Assembly: GCA_964019335.1 (NCBI GenBank)
Contig: OZ025661.1
Span: forward strand, 732,673-796,672
DNA length: 64,000 bases
Source: Diplonema japonicum
Taxonomy: Eukaryota; Protista; Euglenozoa: Diplonemea
Direction: 5' to 3'
Position 1 is the first letter of the stretch; every line of letters starts with the position of its first letter. The translations under genes and the position numbers were made by a program. A model generated the notes under the pieces. The model saw only the letters and a list, made by a program, of their open reading frames with translations. It ran no database searches and was not told the DNA's origin. Shown piece after piece: positions 52,898 through 64,000 of the stretch.

Positions 52898-53131
52898 AGG
52901 GGGAAAAAAAGGGTCTTTTTCCCTAGCCCCCTTTCTCCGTTTTTCTTTTTCGTTTTTTTTTTTTTTTTTTCCCTCATCCCCTCACCCCATCCCCATAGCT
53001 CCGTCTTTTTTGCGAATTCCCCCCTTTTTTGTTTCGTTTTGGCAAAAAAAAGGGGGCGAAAAAAGAAGGTTGGGAGAGAAAGAGGGAGGGGGGAGGGAAG
53101 AGCGACAAAAAAAAAAAGAAAAAGAAAATAA

Positions 53132-55423
53132 ATGGTATCGCAATCCCCACGAGGATCGTCAAGGCCGACCACTCCGCGTCCGTGCACGCCGCCACCGACC
53201 GCAGCGGCACCGACCACTGAGGTCCTCGTGGCTGAGTATCAAAAACTATACAGCGGCAAAGGCTGGTCTATAAAAAGATGGGAAGAAACGACAACCGGGA
53301 AACGGATCCGGGACAAGCAAGAGTACGAGATCGGATCCACGGCGCAATGGGCCGACGACTGGGAGGTGAAGGAAGAATGGACATACTGCTCAGATAAAAA
53401 GGGCAGCTACACAGCAGGAGACCAGGGCGGGAAAATCTACCGAAAACGGGTTTGGAAACGCGAGTTCTGCTGGATAGTAGAAGGCGAGAAACAAGAGATA
53501 TACATCCACGAAAACCAACGATGGTTCCCAATCAAAGGATGGAGCTCCGAGCACAGGCTCCCGTCGGACAAGCAACAATGGACAGATATGTACGGACAAC
53601 CAGTGAAAAAAGAGTACTTGGAACCCCCATCAAGAGGATCCTGGGTCTCCGAGTGGGAAATACGGTATCAAGGTGCCGACAGGGAAGGATGGGAATACGC
53701 ACATGCGAACCACCACTCGTACCATCTCAAACAAAAACCAACAGACTGTATAAGGAGGAGAAAGTGGGCGAAGCTGTACAGAACCGACGACGACGTCGAG
53801 TACATCCCAGGAGACTCGGAGGACCGATGTGGTCTGTGCGGGAAACCGTTCACCGTTTTACGACACGAGCACCACTGCAGGCTGTGCCACATCGCATGCT
53901 GTGCAAAATGCAGCGGGACAAACGTAAGCGTTCCCGGATACGAAACCGAACAGCGAGCATGCGACCGATGCTGCAAAAAACACGACGTGCCTGTCGGAGA
54001 GTGGTACGTGGGCAAGTCCCTCCACTCCTCCATGAAAAAAGCCCGCGCGGCGAGGATGGTATCCGGCGTTGCCTCTCACGACACAACCCCTGCAAAGTAC
54101 AACACTGACTCCGAATCCTTCGGTACGCTCCACCTAACCATCAGAGAATGCAGATCCCTCTCCGCAGCATGGGTCGGCGACGCTGGCACACCAAACCCCC
54201 ATGTCGAAGTATCGTTATCAGGATCGTTTGTCAAAACCCCCGGTAAGACTCAGACCCGAAACCCAAAATGGTCGAAAGCTGAGTCGCACTTTCAAATCCC
54301 AACACCTGACCCAACAGCGACCGTTTTCTTCAGTGTGTATGATGTCTCTGCGATGGGCGTGTACTCGCAGGCCCCTCTTGGCCGAGCGGCGATACCGCTT
54401 CCCGACATCGATAAGGAAAAAGGTTTCGGGTCTTGGATTGAACTCCTTCCCCCCGGAGAACCCGAAGTCAACGGTTACGAAAAAGACCCGCCCAGCACAT
54501 TTCGAACCGTCTCCCCCGTCTCTGAAAAACTCGGAATGCACGATCCGAAAAAATCCCTCGGTTTTATTTTCATCAACGCTGAATGGAAGCGAAACGATGC
54601 CCCGCTGTATGGTATACTGGACACGGCGTACTGGAGAGGAAAACCGGGAGAAGGCGGGTACGAGACCACGGTGGAACAGTTGCCACAACAATTTCTCGAC
54701 ATCCACAAGGTCAAGGACAACGCTGCGAGGCTGCACTTGGAGTTCGGTTTGCCGACCCTCTTGAAATTCCTTTGGGTGAATCAAACAGCCGCCTTCGGTT
54801 CGGTTCCGGTGATCGCATACATTTGCTTTTGTTTTGCCTTCTGGCAGACACCCATGATAATCTGTGGCCTCACAATACTCAACGGGGTGCTTGCCAAGGT
54901 GCGGGGCCCCGTTAAGGAGTACATCCTTTATGAGGAAAACAACCCTTTTGGAAAGCCGTCTTTGTGGAAAAAACTCAATAGAATACCCACCGCCCTCCGG
55001 GCCGCGCAAAAGCTTCAAAACCCTTTAGGTCAAGCGGCTACTTTTTTTTCCCGGGCATCGTCCCTGTTCACCTATTGCGATCCGGCTGTTTCTACAACAT
55101 CTACTGTAGTTATGGTGTGCTTGAGTGGTTGTTTTTCGATGCTGTTGCTTGTGCTCTCGTTGCTTCCCATCCAAGTGTATCTCTTTCTGTCACTGTCCTG
55201 GCTTGTGGTCCACCCTCATGTCTTATCTCGTCCTCGGGGTTCAGATGGGTTGCAAGACGACTGCGAGGGTCAGAAAAATTCACGGTTTTTCACAATCGCT
55301 TCGGAGGTGGCAGAGGCCGTCAAAAATTTTTATGGTCACGTGCCTGATGATGCGCAACTCGCGCACAGGGCCATCTGCAAAATGCAATTGCGGGACAGAC
55401 CCGTCTCGATCCCAATTAAATAG
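53132..55423 (+). CDS. Dysferlin/Pex24-like + FYVE + C2 + C-terminal TM (MCTP/PRT_C-like) protein
   Basis: IHENQRWFPIKGWS...GWEYA...CIRRRKW; CGLCGKPFTVLRHEHHCRLCHIACCAKCS..RACDRC; C2 (GTLHLTIRECRSL..NPHVEV..TRNPKW); hydrophobic C-terminal segments. Confidence 0.85.
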   Translation: MVSQSPRGSSRPTTPRPCTPPPTAAAPTTEVLVAEYQKLYSGKGWSIKRWEETTTGKRIRDKQEYEIGSTAQWADDWEVKEEWTYCSDKKGSYTAGDQGGKIYRKRVWKREFCWIVEGEKQEIYIHENQRWFPIKGWSSEHRLPSDKQQWTDMYGQPVKKEYLEPPSRGSWVSEWEIRYQGADREGWEYAHANHHSYHLKQKPTDCIRRRKWAKLYRTDDDVEYIPGDSEDRCGLCGKPFTVLRHEHHCRLCHIACCAKCSGTNVSVPGYETEQRACDRCCKKHDVPVGEWYVGKSLHSSMKKARAARMVSGVASHDTTPAKYNTDSESFGTLHLTIRECRSLSAAWVGDAGTPNPHVEVSLSGSFVKTPGKTQTRNPKWSKAESHFQIPTPDPTATVFFSVYDVSAMGVYSQAPLGRAAIPLPDIDKEKGFGSWIELLPPGEPEVNGYEKDPPSTFRTVSPVSEKLGMHDPKKSLGFIFINAEWKRNDAPLYGILDTAYWRGKPGEGGYETTVEQLPQQFLDIHKVKDNAARLHLEFGLPTLLKFLWVNQTAAFGSVPVIAYICFCFAFWQTPMIICGLTILNGVLAKVRGPVKEYILYEENNPFGKPSLWKKLNRIPTALRAAQKLQNPLGQAATFFSRASSLFTYCDPAVSTTSTVVMVCLSGCFSMLLLVLSLLPIQVYLFLSLSWLVVHPHVLSRPRGSDGLQDDCEGQKNSRFFTIASEVAEAVKNFYGHVPDDAQLAHRAICKMQLRDRPVSIPIK

Positions 55424-55769
55424 GAGGAAGGAGGGGCTGGGTTTCAATTGGGGCGGCTCTTGCTCTTCATTCCTCGTCTTTCTTCCCTTTTTTTTTCCCT
55501 CCTGAATTCGTTAGCCATTCGATGCCGGTGTGTGTTTCTTCTTCTTTTTTTTCTTTTTTTTTTCGATACAATAGCTTCTCCCCTTACCCTTTTTTGAAAA
55601 AAAAAGAAGGAAAAAAAAAAAGTGAAAGTAAAAAAGCTGGGGGGGGGTTTTTTGTTTTTTTGGGGGGGATTGTTTTTTGGCGTCACCCCCCCTTTTTTTG
55701 TATGTTGAAAAGTTGAGAATGAAAACAAAACAAAGCAGAAAAATAACAAATGAAACATTTCCCCCACGC

Positions 55770-55905
55770 ACTCAAATTTTGCTGTCGTTAAATAAAACAA
55801 CGTGGTTTCACTTGGTGGCAGTGACTTGTTGAACGTCATTACTCGTCAAAACCACTGCCACCACGTGAATGATGGGATCTTATATTCGTTAAATAAATAG
55901 TTATT
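55770..55905 (+). repeat. Solo right end of the Crypton-like family
   Basis: CAAATTTTGCTGTCGTTAAATAAAA and CTCGTCAAAACCACTGCCACCACG...GGATCTTATATTC match 8597-8785. Confidence 0.7.
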
Positions 55906-56146
55906 ACATTCGTCCCGCAACTTCTGCACTTTATGCGCACTGAACTGAAAGGCGGGTAAACAACAAAGAATCGGTGCTGCAAGGAAAAGAAGGAAAAAAA
56001 AAAAAAAAAAAACCTTTCTTCATCTCAACCTCTTCTGAACTTTCCAAAGCGCTTTTTTTGTTGTATCTGCAAACAAAAAGTGGTGGTGGAGGGGATACTG
56101 CAATTACACACTTTCCTGGACAAAATAGCGGTTTCCATGTTGAAAA

Positions 56147-56795
56147 ATAATAACTATTTATTAAATGAAAATAAGATTGCATTATTTCACGCGTGGTGAC
56201 AGGGGGTTTAACGAGAGAGGATCTTACTTCACGAGCGAAGCGAGTGTAGTAATAATTTCGAGTTAAACCCGCCACCACAAGTGAAATAATGCACTTATTT
56301 TCATTTAATATGTTGTTTTATTTAATAAGAGCCGGGTTTGAAAGGGTGGGAGGTTACAGGTGCAGGGTACAGGTTACAAGAAGAAATCAAAACTGAGAGG
56401 CAGCAAAAAAAGTTGGGTATTACAAGCTACAAGGGGATTTCAAGTTACCAGTTCTCGTTAGTTCTAACATTAATGTTGATGTCGCTTATCCCTGTGCATC
56501 GCTACCGCTGGAACCATCTGAGGTTGCATGTATGGTGGATGCGGGGGGTTGAGCAGACTGACTAGCACCCCCGAGACGTGTAATCCTCCCCATCGCCTTA
56601 GGCTTTCTTCCTATAGTTTTCTGTGTTTCTAAGGAGTTTGGCTTAAAATAGGTGCAGGAGTGACATAATGTAACATTATATCACTCCTGTACATTATGTC
56701 ACTCCTGAGCCTTATTTCTCTATAAGCTGGGAGTGAATATAATGTTGAGCGTGATATAAAGTGAAATATTATTTTCACTCCCACCCTTGGCTCGA
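56147..56795 (-). mobile_element. Non-autonomous Crypton-like element (inverted)
   Basis: Ends are the reverse complement of those of 59820-60172 and 7925-8785. Confidence 0.6.
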
Positions 56796-57145
56796 ATTAA
56801 ATAAAAAAAATTAAAATAGCAAAAAGACTTTCATTCTTCTCCCCCCCCCCCATTTTTTGCCAACAACAAAGCCTAATCGAGGAACGCATTATTACCGCAG
56901 ACTCTGTTGACTGTATTTTTATTTTATTCTTCTCGAAACTTTGAGGAAAAAAAAAAAAAAAAAAGAAAAAGAAGAAAAAAAAAAAAAAAAAAGCAAACAC
57001 AACATAACAACCGCAAACAACAACAAAACTTCTCCCACTGAGGTTCGATTAATCCCCCCTCCAAGTCCGCGTGCACCCCCCTTTTTTTTGTCTTCCGCAA
57101 ACCCAAAAAAAAAAAAAAAAAAAAAAAAAAAAGAAGAAGGGAGGG

Positions 57146-57192
<47 letters not shown>

Positions 57193-57194
57193 CC

Positions 57195-59552
57195 ATGCAA
57201 TCGATGATACTCCTCTTTCTAGCGCTTGCCGCAGGGGAAGGCGAGCCCTGTGAAGGCAACACCACAAGCTGCACGGATTCACTAGAGAACTTTGACCGTG
57301 CGACAAAGGCATACATGGTGGGCGGTCTGGTCAGCATCGTGGGAAGCTTGGCAATGCTGGTAAGCTACTTCAAGGCCTCCTTGAAGCAAAAACTGCCCCC
57401 GGCCGACCTCCTCCGCAACAAAACCCTCTGCGACATGGGAAACAGCGTGGCGTTCGTGGTCCCAGTCTTTGTGAAGAACCACTACCTGACAGACATGTGC
57501 AAGGTGCAGGCAGTGATTATACAGTTTTTCTCAACGGCTTCGCTTGTGTGGTGGGTGTGCTTCTCAGTTGAGCTTCTGTGGTCGGTTCAAAACCCGTTCA
57601 CAAACCATGCATCTCATCTGGGTTACTACCACCTTTCTGTTTGGGTGTCTTCGCTTATCTCAACTGCTGTTCTACTCAATTCTGACGATATAGGTCTGAC
57701 TGAGTTCGATTTCTGCTGGGTGGAAGGTTCCACCACGCACCTCTCACTCTCCTTCACTATCTTCTACGGTCCCGTAATGCTCGGGTATCTGTTCTCCCTG
57801 ACGGTTCTGATCTGGGTGTCGTCGATCGCCAAGGTCGCCATCCCCGCATCGCACAAAATCCGAACGGTTGCAATCTCTCAAGGGCAGTGGTACATCGGTC
57901 TTATCGGGGCTTTCTGGACGTTCACAGGGATGGTTTGGTTCGGTGGGTTCGGCGCCGGGAACAAAGACTCTTTTCCTTTAATTATACTGATGGCAGTGTC
58001 GATTGCATCGAGAGGGCTTGTTGCACTGGCTGTTTGGTTGAAAACATCCCAACTCGCATTGAAAGGATACACGGCATCGCCGGTTCTGCTCCCACCGGTG
58101 TCGCGAAGCAGCAACGCGAGGATGAACAGCTTACGATCTCCGTTGAAAACACCGATTCTCCCTCACGAGAGTATACAAAGCCATCCGGACGATGAAAGTC
58201 GAACAGAAGTCCCGGACGCCACGGAGTGCAGGGAGAGCGTTCCGTTGAAATGGGCTCTCCGACGAGACGTGATGATCGCATGCCAGCAAGGCATCAGCAC
58301 AATGACCGAGATGTTGATGGAAGAGCTGCGCTCCGTCCCGTGCAAGGTCGTGAGCGATGCGGACTTCACACAAGAGGTTATCCGCCAGGTTGACAGGGAA
58401 GACTCCGACAGTGTTCGGTTTACTTTTTACGACTATGCTCCAAAGGTTTTCCACAGTATCCGAATCGGTACCGGGATGACACCAGACACATACCATTCAA
58501 TCTTTAGTTTTACGGACATCGACGACAGGATGATGGAGAAGTTCTCAGATGGCGGTTCGTCAGGGTCTTTCTTCTACTTCACACCGGGGAAGGAGTTCAT
58601 CGTCAAAACCGTCACACAAGCGGAGGCAAAGCTTTTAAAATCGTTCCTCCCCGACTACTACGACCATCTCTCACAGAACACCGACACGCTCATCGTTCGC
58701 TTCTACGGCCTCTACGCCATCAAAATGCACAGAGGCGCAAGAGTGACCCACTTCGTGGTAATGGACAACGTGTTCCTCACAAAACGTCACGTCGATGAGG
58801 TGTATGATCTGAAGGGTTCGTGGGTCGACCGGGGGCCTGTTAAAAAAAGAGAACCGTCTGAAGGGGATCTGTCACCCGGTTCGATTTCGAAGTCGCGTGC
58901 TTTCTTCTCGATGTTGGGGTATGGTAAGGCCGGGAAACAGCAGAGCAGGGTGATGAAAGATATGGATATTTCGGGTGTGAAGCAGCTTGTTTTGGATGGT
59001 GATGTCGGAGCAACTCTTTTAAGGCAAATCGAAGAAGACACAAAGTTCTTCATACGGCATAACATCATGGATTATTCATTGTTGTTAGGGATTCACCGTG
59101 GGCCTTTCAGCGACCTTCGAGTGCCGAAAGATGACCTTGCTGTGGATTTGTGTGCTCCTCATGATAGTACACAATCGCCATTGAGCAGCAGGAAGCACCG
59201 GCAGAACACCTACGCACCTCCGTCGAGTTCTGATTTCTCCGATTTTTCCACCCCGAAACCCCGTCCTGCCATTCACCGCCGTAATGAAGGCGGGCTTTAT
59301 TCTGCTTGCACTACCGAGTCGCAGCACAATGGTGACAGCATGTATTTCATGGGTATCATCGACATTTTGCAGACGTGGACGCTTCAAAAGAAGGTGGAGA
59401 GGCTCTTCAAAACCGTCTTCCTCAAGAAGGACCCTGTTGGGATGTCCGCCATCGAGCCTTACCGGTACGGGAAGAGGTTCATCACAAGATGCTCGGAGCT
59501 GTTTCTGAACCCTGACGTGCACGGTGCTGAGTCGGCCATTAGCATCGATTGA
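57195..59552 (+). CDS. GPCR-PIP kinase fusion (7TM + phosphatidylinositol-phosphate kinase)
   Basis: Signal peptide and about 7 hydrophobic helices of cAMP-receptor-like type (CKVQA..IQFF..AS..W, FCWV). PIPK motifs DYAPKVF, GGSSGSFFYFT..FIVKT, YDLKGS, MDYSLLLGIH, MGIIDILQ. Confidence 0.9.
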   Translation: MQSMILLFLALAAGEGEPCEGNTTSCTDSLENFDRATKAYMVGGLVSIVGSLAMLVSYFKASLKQKLPPADLLRNKTLCDMGNSVAFVVPVFVKNHYLTDMCKVQAVIIQFFSTASLVWWVCFSVELLWSVQNPFTNHASHLGYYHLSVWVSSLISTAVLLNSDDIGLTEFDFCWVEGSTTHLSLSFTIFYGPVMLGYLFSLTVLIWVSSIAKVAIPASHKIRTVAISQGQWYIGLIGAFWTFTGMVWFGGFGAGNKDSFPLIILMAVSIASRGLVALAVWLKTSQLALKGYTASPVLLPPVSRSSNARMNSLRSPLKTPILPHESIQSHPDDESRTEVPDATECRESVPLKWALRRDVMIACQQGISTMTEMLMEELRSVPCKVVSDADFTQEVIRQVDREDSDSVRFTFYDYAPKVFHSIRIGTGMTPDTYHSIFSFTDIDDRMMEKFSDGGSSGSFFYFTPGKEFIVKTVTQAEAKLLKSFLPDYYDHLSQNTDTLIVRFYGLYAIKMHRGARVTHFVVMDNVFLTKRHVDEVYDLKGSWVDRGPVKKREPSEGDLSPGSISKSRAFFSMLGYGKAGKQQSRVMKDMDISGVKQLVLDGDVGATLLRQIEEDTKFFIRHNIMDYSLLLGIHRGPFSDLRVPKDDLAVDLCAPHDSTQSPLSSRKHRQNTYAPPSSSDFSDFSTPKPRPAIHRRNEGGLYSACTTESQHNGDSMYFMGIIDILQTWTLQKKVERLFKTVFLKKDPVGMSAIEPYRYGKRFITRCSELFLNPDVHGAESAISID

Positions 59553-59819
59553 GAGAGAAAACCAAAAAAAATAAAATAAAAATAAAGTTCTAGATATTTT
59601 TTTTTCTTTATGTATGTTTCAGGGTGGTGTTGATCGGGGGGTTTTTTTTTTCAAAAAAAAGGGGGAAAATATAAATTAAAAAAAAAAAGTAAAATAAAAT
59701 AAAGTTACCCTGTTCTTTTTTTTTTTCCCCCCTCTTTCTTTTCTTTCTTTTTTTTCCCTCGTCCATTGGGCTTAGAATATGCATGTTTTTGTTTTTGTTT
59801 TGTTCTCTTTTTTTTTATG

Positions 59820-60172
59820 TAACTCGAGCCAGGTTTCCAAGGGTGGGAGTGAAAAATAAGATTTTTTTTACTTTATCCCAGTTCCAAGATATAAAGGACA
59901 ACGGCTTCGCTGCAACAAACATTTGGGCAAGTTGCAGTAAGATCAACCAACGAAACCAGAGAAATGATGAGCTTGCCACGCCAAAAAATGATTTTTAGAA
60001 GGGCGCCTGTCCTCTCACCCTTTCAAACCCGGCTCTTGTTAGATAAAACAACTTATTAAGTGAAAATAATTAAACATTATTACAAGTGTGGTAGCAGTGA
60101 GTTTATCCCTACTCGTTAAACCCTCTGCCACCACGTGTGAAATAATGGTATCTTTTCACTTAATAAATAGTA
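59820..60172 (+). mobile_element. Non-autonomous Crypton-like element
   Basis: GGGTGGGAGTGAAAAAT left end, relic FQDIKDNGFAATNIWASCSKIN, palindromic right end ...TAATAAATAG. Confidence 0.6.
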
Positions 60173-60364
60173 TTTTTTTTTTAAAGGGGGGAAGGGGGAG
60201 GGAAAAAAAATAAAGAAAAGAAAGAAACAAACAAAAAAAAAAGAGAAAGAAAAAAAAAAGAAAATCGCCCCTTAGCTTAAAAATTCCATCACTCAAGGCA
60301 ATTTCCCACCCTTTCCTCTATTTTTTTTTCTTTGTTTAGTTAACATTCATTCCGTCTCTTTTGC

Positions 60365-60417
<53 letters not shown>

Positions 60418-60509
60418 TGACTCCAAGCCCTTTGTGCGCGTTTTTTTTTTTCATAAAAAAAAGGAAACTCTTTCCCACTGTTCCTATGTTGTGTTCGCCT
60501 CCCACCCCT

Positions 60510-60548
<39 letters not shown>

Positions 60549-60736
60549 AAAACACACCACATTTTTTTTTCTTCTTTTATATACCGCCAACCCCCATCCA
60601 CCCCCCCCCCCCCCCCCCCTTCATTATGTGAAGTCTTATTTTTTCTCTTTTTTTTCCTTGATCAAAGATTATATAAAAAAAAAAAACCAAGGGGGGGAGG
60701 GGAGGGGGAGGAAGGAGAAAAAAAAAAGAGAGGGGC

Positions 60737-60823
60737 ATGGGAGGTGGGCAAAGCAAGAAAGGAGGATGCTGCACAGGGGACAGCAAAGCAAGCCCCAATG
60801 AAAAAATAGTACAGCGGAAACAA

Positions 60824-60854
<31 letters not shown>

Positions 60855-62507
60855 AACAGACCACCGTCGTTGTCGCAAGACGGCCCTCAAGCGAGAAAAA
60901 AGCTGCCGCACCCACACCACCCCCAAAACAACACCAGGAGCCTGTACCAACAGCGGTGGTCGCTCCTTACCAATCAAACAGCTTGAACCAGTCAAACATG
61001 AAATGGTCGAGCGAAGGAGAAGGAAGCATACCAGATGAACGAGGTGAAGGGCGATTCCTCCCTACCATACCGCAAGCAGCCATCATCCCTCCTGTGCCGA
61101 AACGGCACGGAAGATCCATTGACAGCACCACGTCCAGCGGGAGCTTCACAGGGCAGCACCGGCATTCTATCCCGGAACAGCACCAGAAGAAAACCCGGCC
61201 CATACCAACTCCTCTAAGCCAGCCTGATCATTCGTCCGGGCAAGCCCATTCTTCAACATCTTCTCCGCACGGCGGGACCGGTTCTTCTTCACATTCCCCC
61301 AACCACCCCGGTTCCGGAACTCCGTTAAAATCCGCGAAGTTGAACTGGAAAAAAGGTGAGATTATAGGACGGGGAACCTTCGGTGTGGTGTGGCTAGGGT
61401 TGGACCTGGACACAGGGCGGCAGATTGCGATTAAGGAGATGGATTTCCCACCGGATCTGCAGACGGACGAGGGGGCAATAAAGAGGCTGAAAAGCGTGCA
61501 GCGCGAACTGAATTTTTTGAGAAATATCACCCACGCCAACATCGTGCAGTACCTGGGGATGGAGAGGCGCGACCTCACCGTCTGCATCCTGATGGAGTAC
61601 GTCCCGGGCGGCTCCCTCCTGACGCTTTTAAAAAAATTCGGGAAGATACCCGAAACGGTGTCGCAAAAATACACCCGGCAAATTTTAAGCGGCCTCGCCC
61701 TCCTGCACTCCAAGGGTGTCGTCCACCGTGATATCAAAGGAGCAAACGTTTTGGTTGGAATTGACGGAAATGTGAAACTTGCGGATTTCGGAAACGCTCG
61801 ACAGCTGACCGAAGATGGTGAAGCACAGTCTTTAGGCGGTTCGCCTTACTGGATGGCACCCGAGGTCATACAAATGACAGGGCATTCCACTCCCGCTGAT
61901 GTTTGGTCTGTTGGGGCCACCGTTCTTGAAATGGTAACAGGGAAGCCTCCATGGTCAGAGTATCCACCGGTACCGGCGTTGTACCAAATAGGACACACAA
62001 GTAACCGTGTTCCCCGACCGGGTCCTGGGGAAGGGTGTAGTGCGGATTTGCTGGAGTTTTTGGATAAGTGTTTCCATCGGACGCCGATGCTTCGTTATAC
62101 TGTGGCGCAGCTTTTGCTGCTGTCTTGGGTGGTCGACCCTGAGGCGGGGCTCGGGCCTCGTGCGTACACCTCACCCACTGAAAAAATTAATTACAGTGAT
62201 GATGAAGATGATGGAGGTGTCGCTCGGCAGGATGACACAGCACCTCACACCCCGCAACCTATAGCTACTACGTCACCTTCTAACATGAGTTTGAGCCGCC
62301 GAAGGCTGTCTGCTTCACGGGGTAGTCGGGATACTGCCACGACGCTGACTCAGGATGACATGCTGTCAGGGTATGGGAGGAAAAAAAAAAAAAATAAATA
62401 AAATAAAATAAAATAAAGGCACAAAAATTCCCTCGGTTGCCTCACCATGTTGGCGCGGAACAGGAATTCCACACATTCTGTTGGCGGGCTTGCTGTGAGG
62501 TAAAAAG

Positions 62508-62544
<37 letters not shown>

Positions 62545-62596
62545 CAGCAACAACCGGTACGGCTCTCTTAGTGAAGGCGCGGAGGACGATGATTGA
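60737..62596 (+). CDS. STE11/MAP3K (NPK1/MEKK-like) kinase with predicted N-myristoylation/palmitoylation; introns 62371-62418 and 62500-62547
   Basis: MGGGQS..GCC; WKKGEIIGRGTFGVV, HANIVQYLG, MEYVPGGS, HRDIKGANVL, GSPYWMAPE. The spliced frame ends at TGA 62596. Confidence 0.9.
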
Positions 62597-62933
62597 ATTT
62601 CCTTTTTTTTTTTTTCTTTTCTTTGCGACAAAATGCCACCTGCAATTTTTTTTTTTCTTTCTCTTTTATGTTCTGTTCGGTTATGGCTTTTTTATTTTAT
62701 TTTTTTTATTTTTTATTTTTATTTGGGCGCTCCCTAAAAAAAAAAAATGAAAAAGAAAAAAAAAAGAAAAAACATCCCATCCCCCCAACTTCGAGTTTTA
62801 TTGCTTTTTCTTTCTTGTATTTTTGTGTGCTACATTTCTTCTCCTTCTTCTTTTGCTCTCGGTGCATACAGGTGGCCCCCCTTTGTTGCCAACAGATTCC
62901 TCCCCATTCTCCTTCCTCTCCCCCCCCCCCCTA

Positions 62934-63108
62934 GGGCTATGCTGGCATGGAAACGCGTTTCCATGCATTTTTTGAAAAAAAGGGAAACGGAAACGTTTCC
63001 TTATGTTTCCTTAAGAAGGAAGCCGTTTCCATAAGAATTTTGAAAAGTATGAAAACGGAAACGGGAACGGAAACGGAAACGTTTCCACGTTTCCTGCCAG
63101 CATAGCCC
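62934..63108. mobile_element. MITE with GGAAAC-rich interior
   Basis: TA-GGGCTATGCTGGCA(T)GGAAACG ... CGTTTCCTGCCAGCATAGCCC-TA. Confidence 0.75.
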
Positions 63109-63110
63109 TA

Positions 63111-63552
63111 GGGGGGGTCATATGGTCCTTAAAAAGGGCCACTTTTTGCCCCTTTTCAGGCTCTTCGCCAAGGGCATTTTGGGCCCTTAAAAAAATTGTA
63201 ACCACCCCAAAAGTGCCCACAAATCACCCAAACCCCCGTTTCCCGATGGTTTCCGGCCCCAGAAGTGCCCAGAATCATGTTCTAATTTTGGGGCCCCCGT
63301 TTGGTACTTTCCCTATGTAATCCTAGGGGCCCCTATTTTATGTTCCCTAGGATTACATAGGGAAAGTACCAAACGGGGGCCCCAAAATTAGAACATGATT
63401 CTGGGCACTTCTGGGGCCGGAAACCATCGGGAAACGGGGGTTTGGGTGATTTGTGGGCACTTTTGGGGTGGTTACAGTTTTTTTAAGGGCCCAAAATGCC
63501 CTTGGCGAAGAGCCTGAAAAAGGGCAAATAACGACCCCCTTATGACCCCCCC
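63111..63552. repeat. Near-perfect ~440-bp palindrome (hairpin MITE)
   Basis: Arms of about 210 bp are reverse complements around an ~18-bp spacer near 63327-63345. Confidence 0.85.
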
Positions 63553-64000
63553 CCCCCCCCCCATCATTTATTACCAAGTAGTTGGTTGCCTTGTGTCATG
63601 CTTCGTTGCTGTCTGTCGAAAGAAAGAAAATAATTAAAAAAAGAATCGGGATTTTGATAAACGGAAACACCGGTTAAACTACTACACACTCAAATAAAAA
63701 AAAAAGAAATCTTTACAGTTTATATAAGAAGAAAAAAAAAAAAGGAAAACAAAAAAAAAGGCAGAGGGCAATTAGGGCGAAGGCAACAAAGAAATCCCAA
63801 GCAGAGCAAGGGATCCCCCCCCTTTTTTTTTGTTTAGCCCTCATCCTTCCCTCGTATGCTCTAAATCTAGGGAAGAAAAAAAGAAAAAGAAAGAAAGCCT
63901 TAATTCACCTTTCATGTGTGCCGACAAACTTTTTTTTTCTTACCCCATTATTACGAAGCACAAAGCTGTCACTAAGACTTTTTCTCTCTCTTTTTTTTTT

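Noticed and set aside
1-64000. Spliced-leader RNA or rRNA genes
   Set aside because: No recognisable SL exon or rRNA sequence was seen by eye.

Overview
Eukaryotic nuclear DNA, most likely from a euglenozoan protist (diplonemid-like; inferred from all host genes being on one strand, short GT-AG introns, a receptor-type adenylate cyclase and a trypanosome-like intron-containing tRNA-Tyr). Host genes, all on +: two paralogous PH-like/PDZ proteins, a 7-exon SAPS/PP6-regulatory-subunit gene, a transmembrane adenylate cyclase, MAP2K-like, CAMK-like and MAP3K-like kinases, a dysferlin-FYVE-C2 membrane protein and a GPCR-PIP kinase fusion. The centre (about 25.5-49.7 kb) is a roughly 400-bp tRNA cluster (Tyr+, Gly+, Cys-) flanked on both sides by head-to-tail arrays of APE-RT-RNase H non-LTR retrotransposons. 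Most junctions carry a duplicated copy of the 11-14 bp immediately upstream of tRNA-Tyr or tRNA-Cys, which indicates repeated tRNA-targeted insertion by at least two families. In one family ORF1 and ORF2 are in frame across a single conserved UGA, followed by a covarying stem-loop and a variant 2A (StopGo) motif. A non-autonomous member begins with two tandem HDV-like ribozymes. Intergenic DNA holds decayed piggyBac elements (one with a TTAT TSD), Crypton-like tyrosine-recombinase relics, a Mutator-like foldback element and several MITEs and palindromes. All calls were made by eye; no searches were run.
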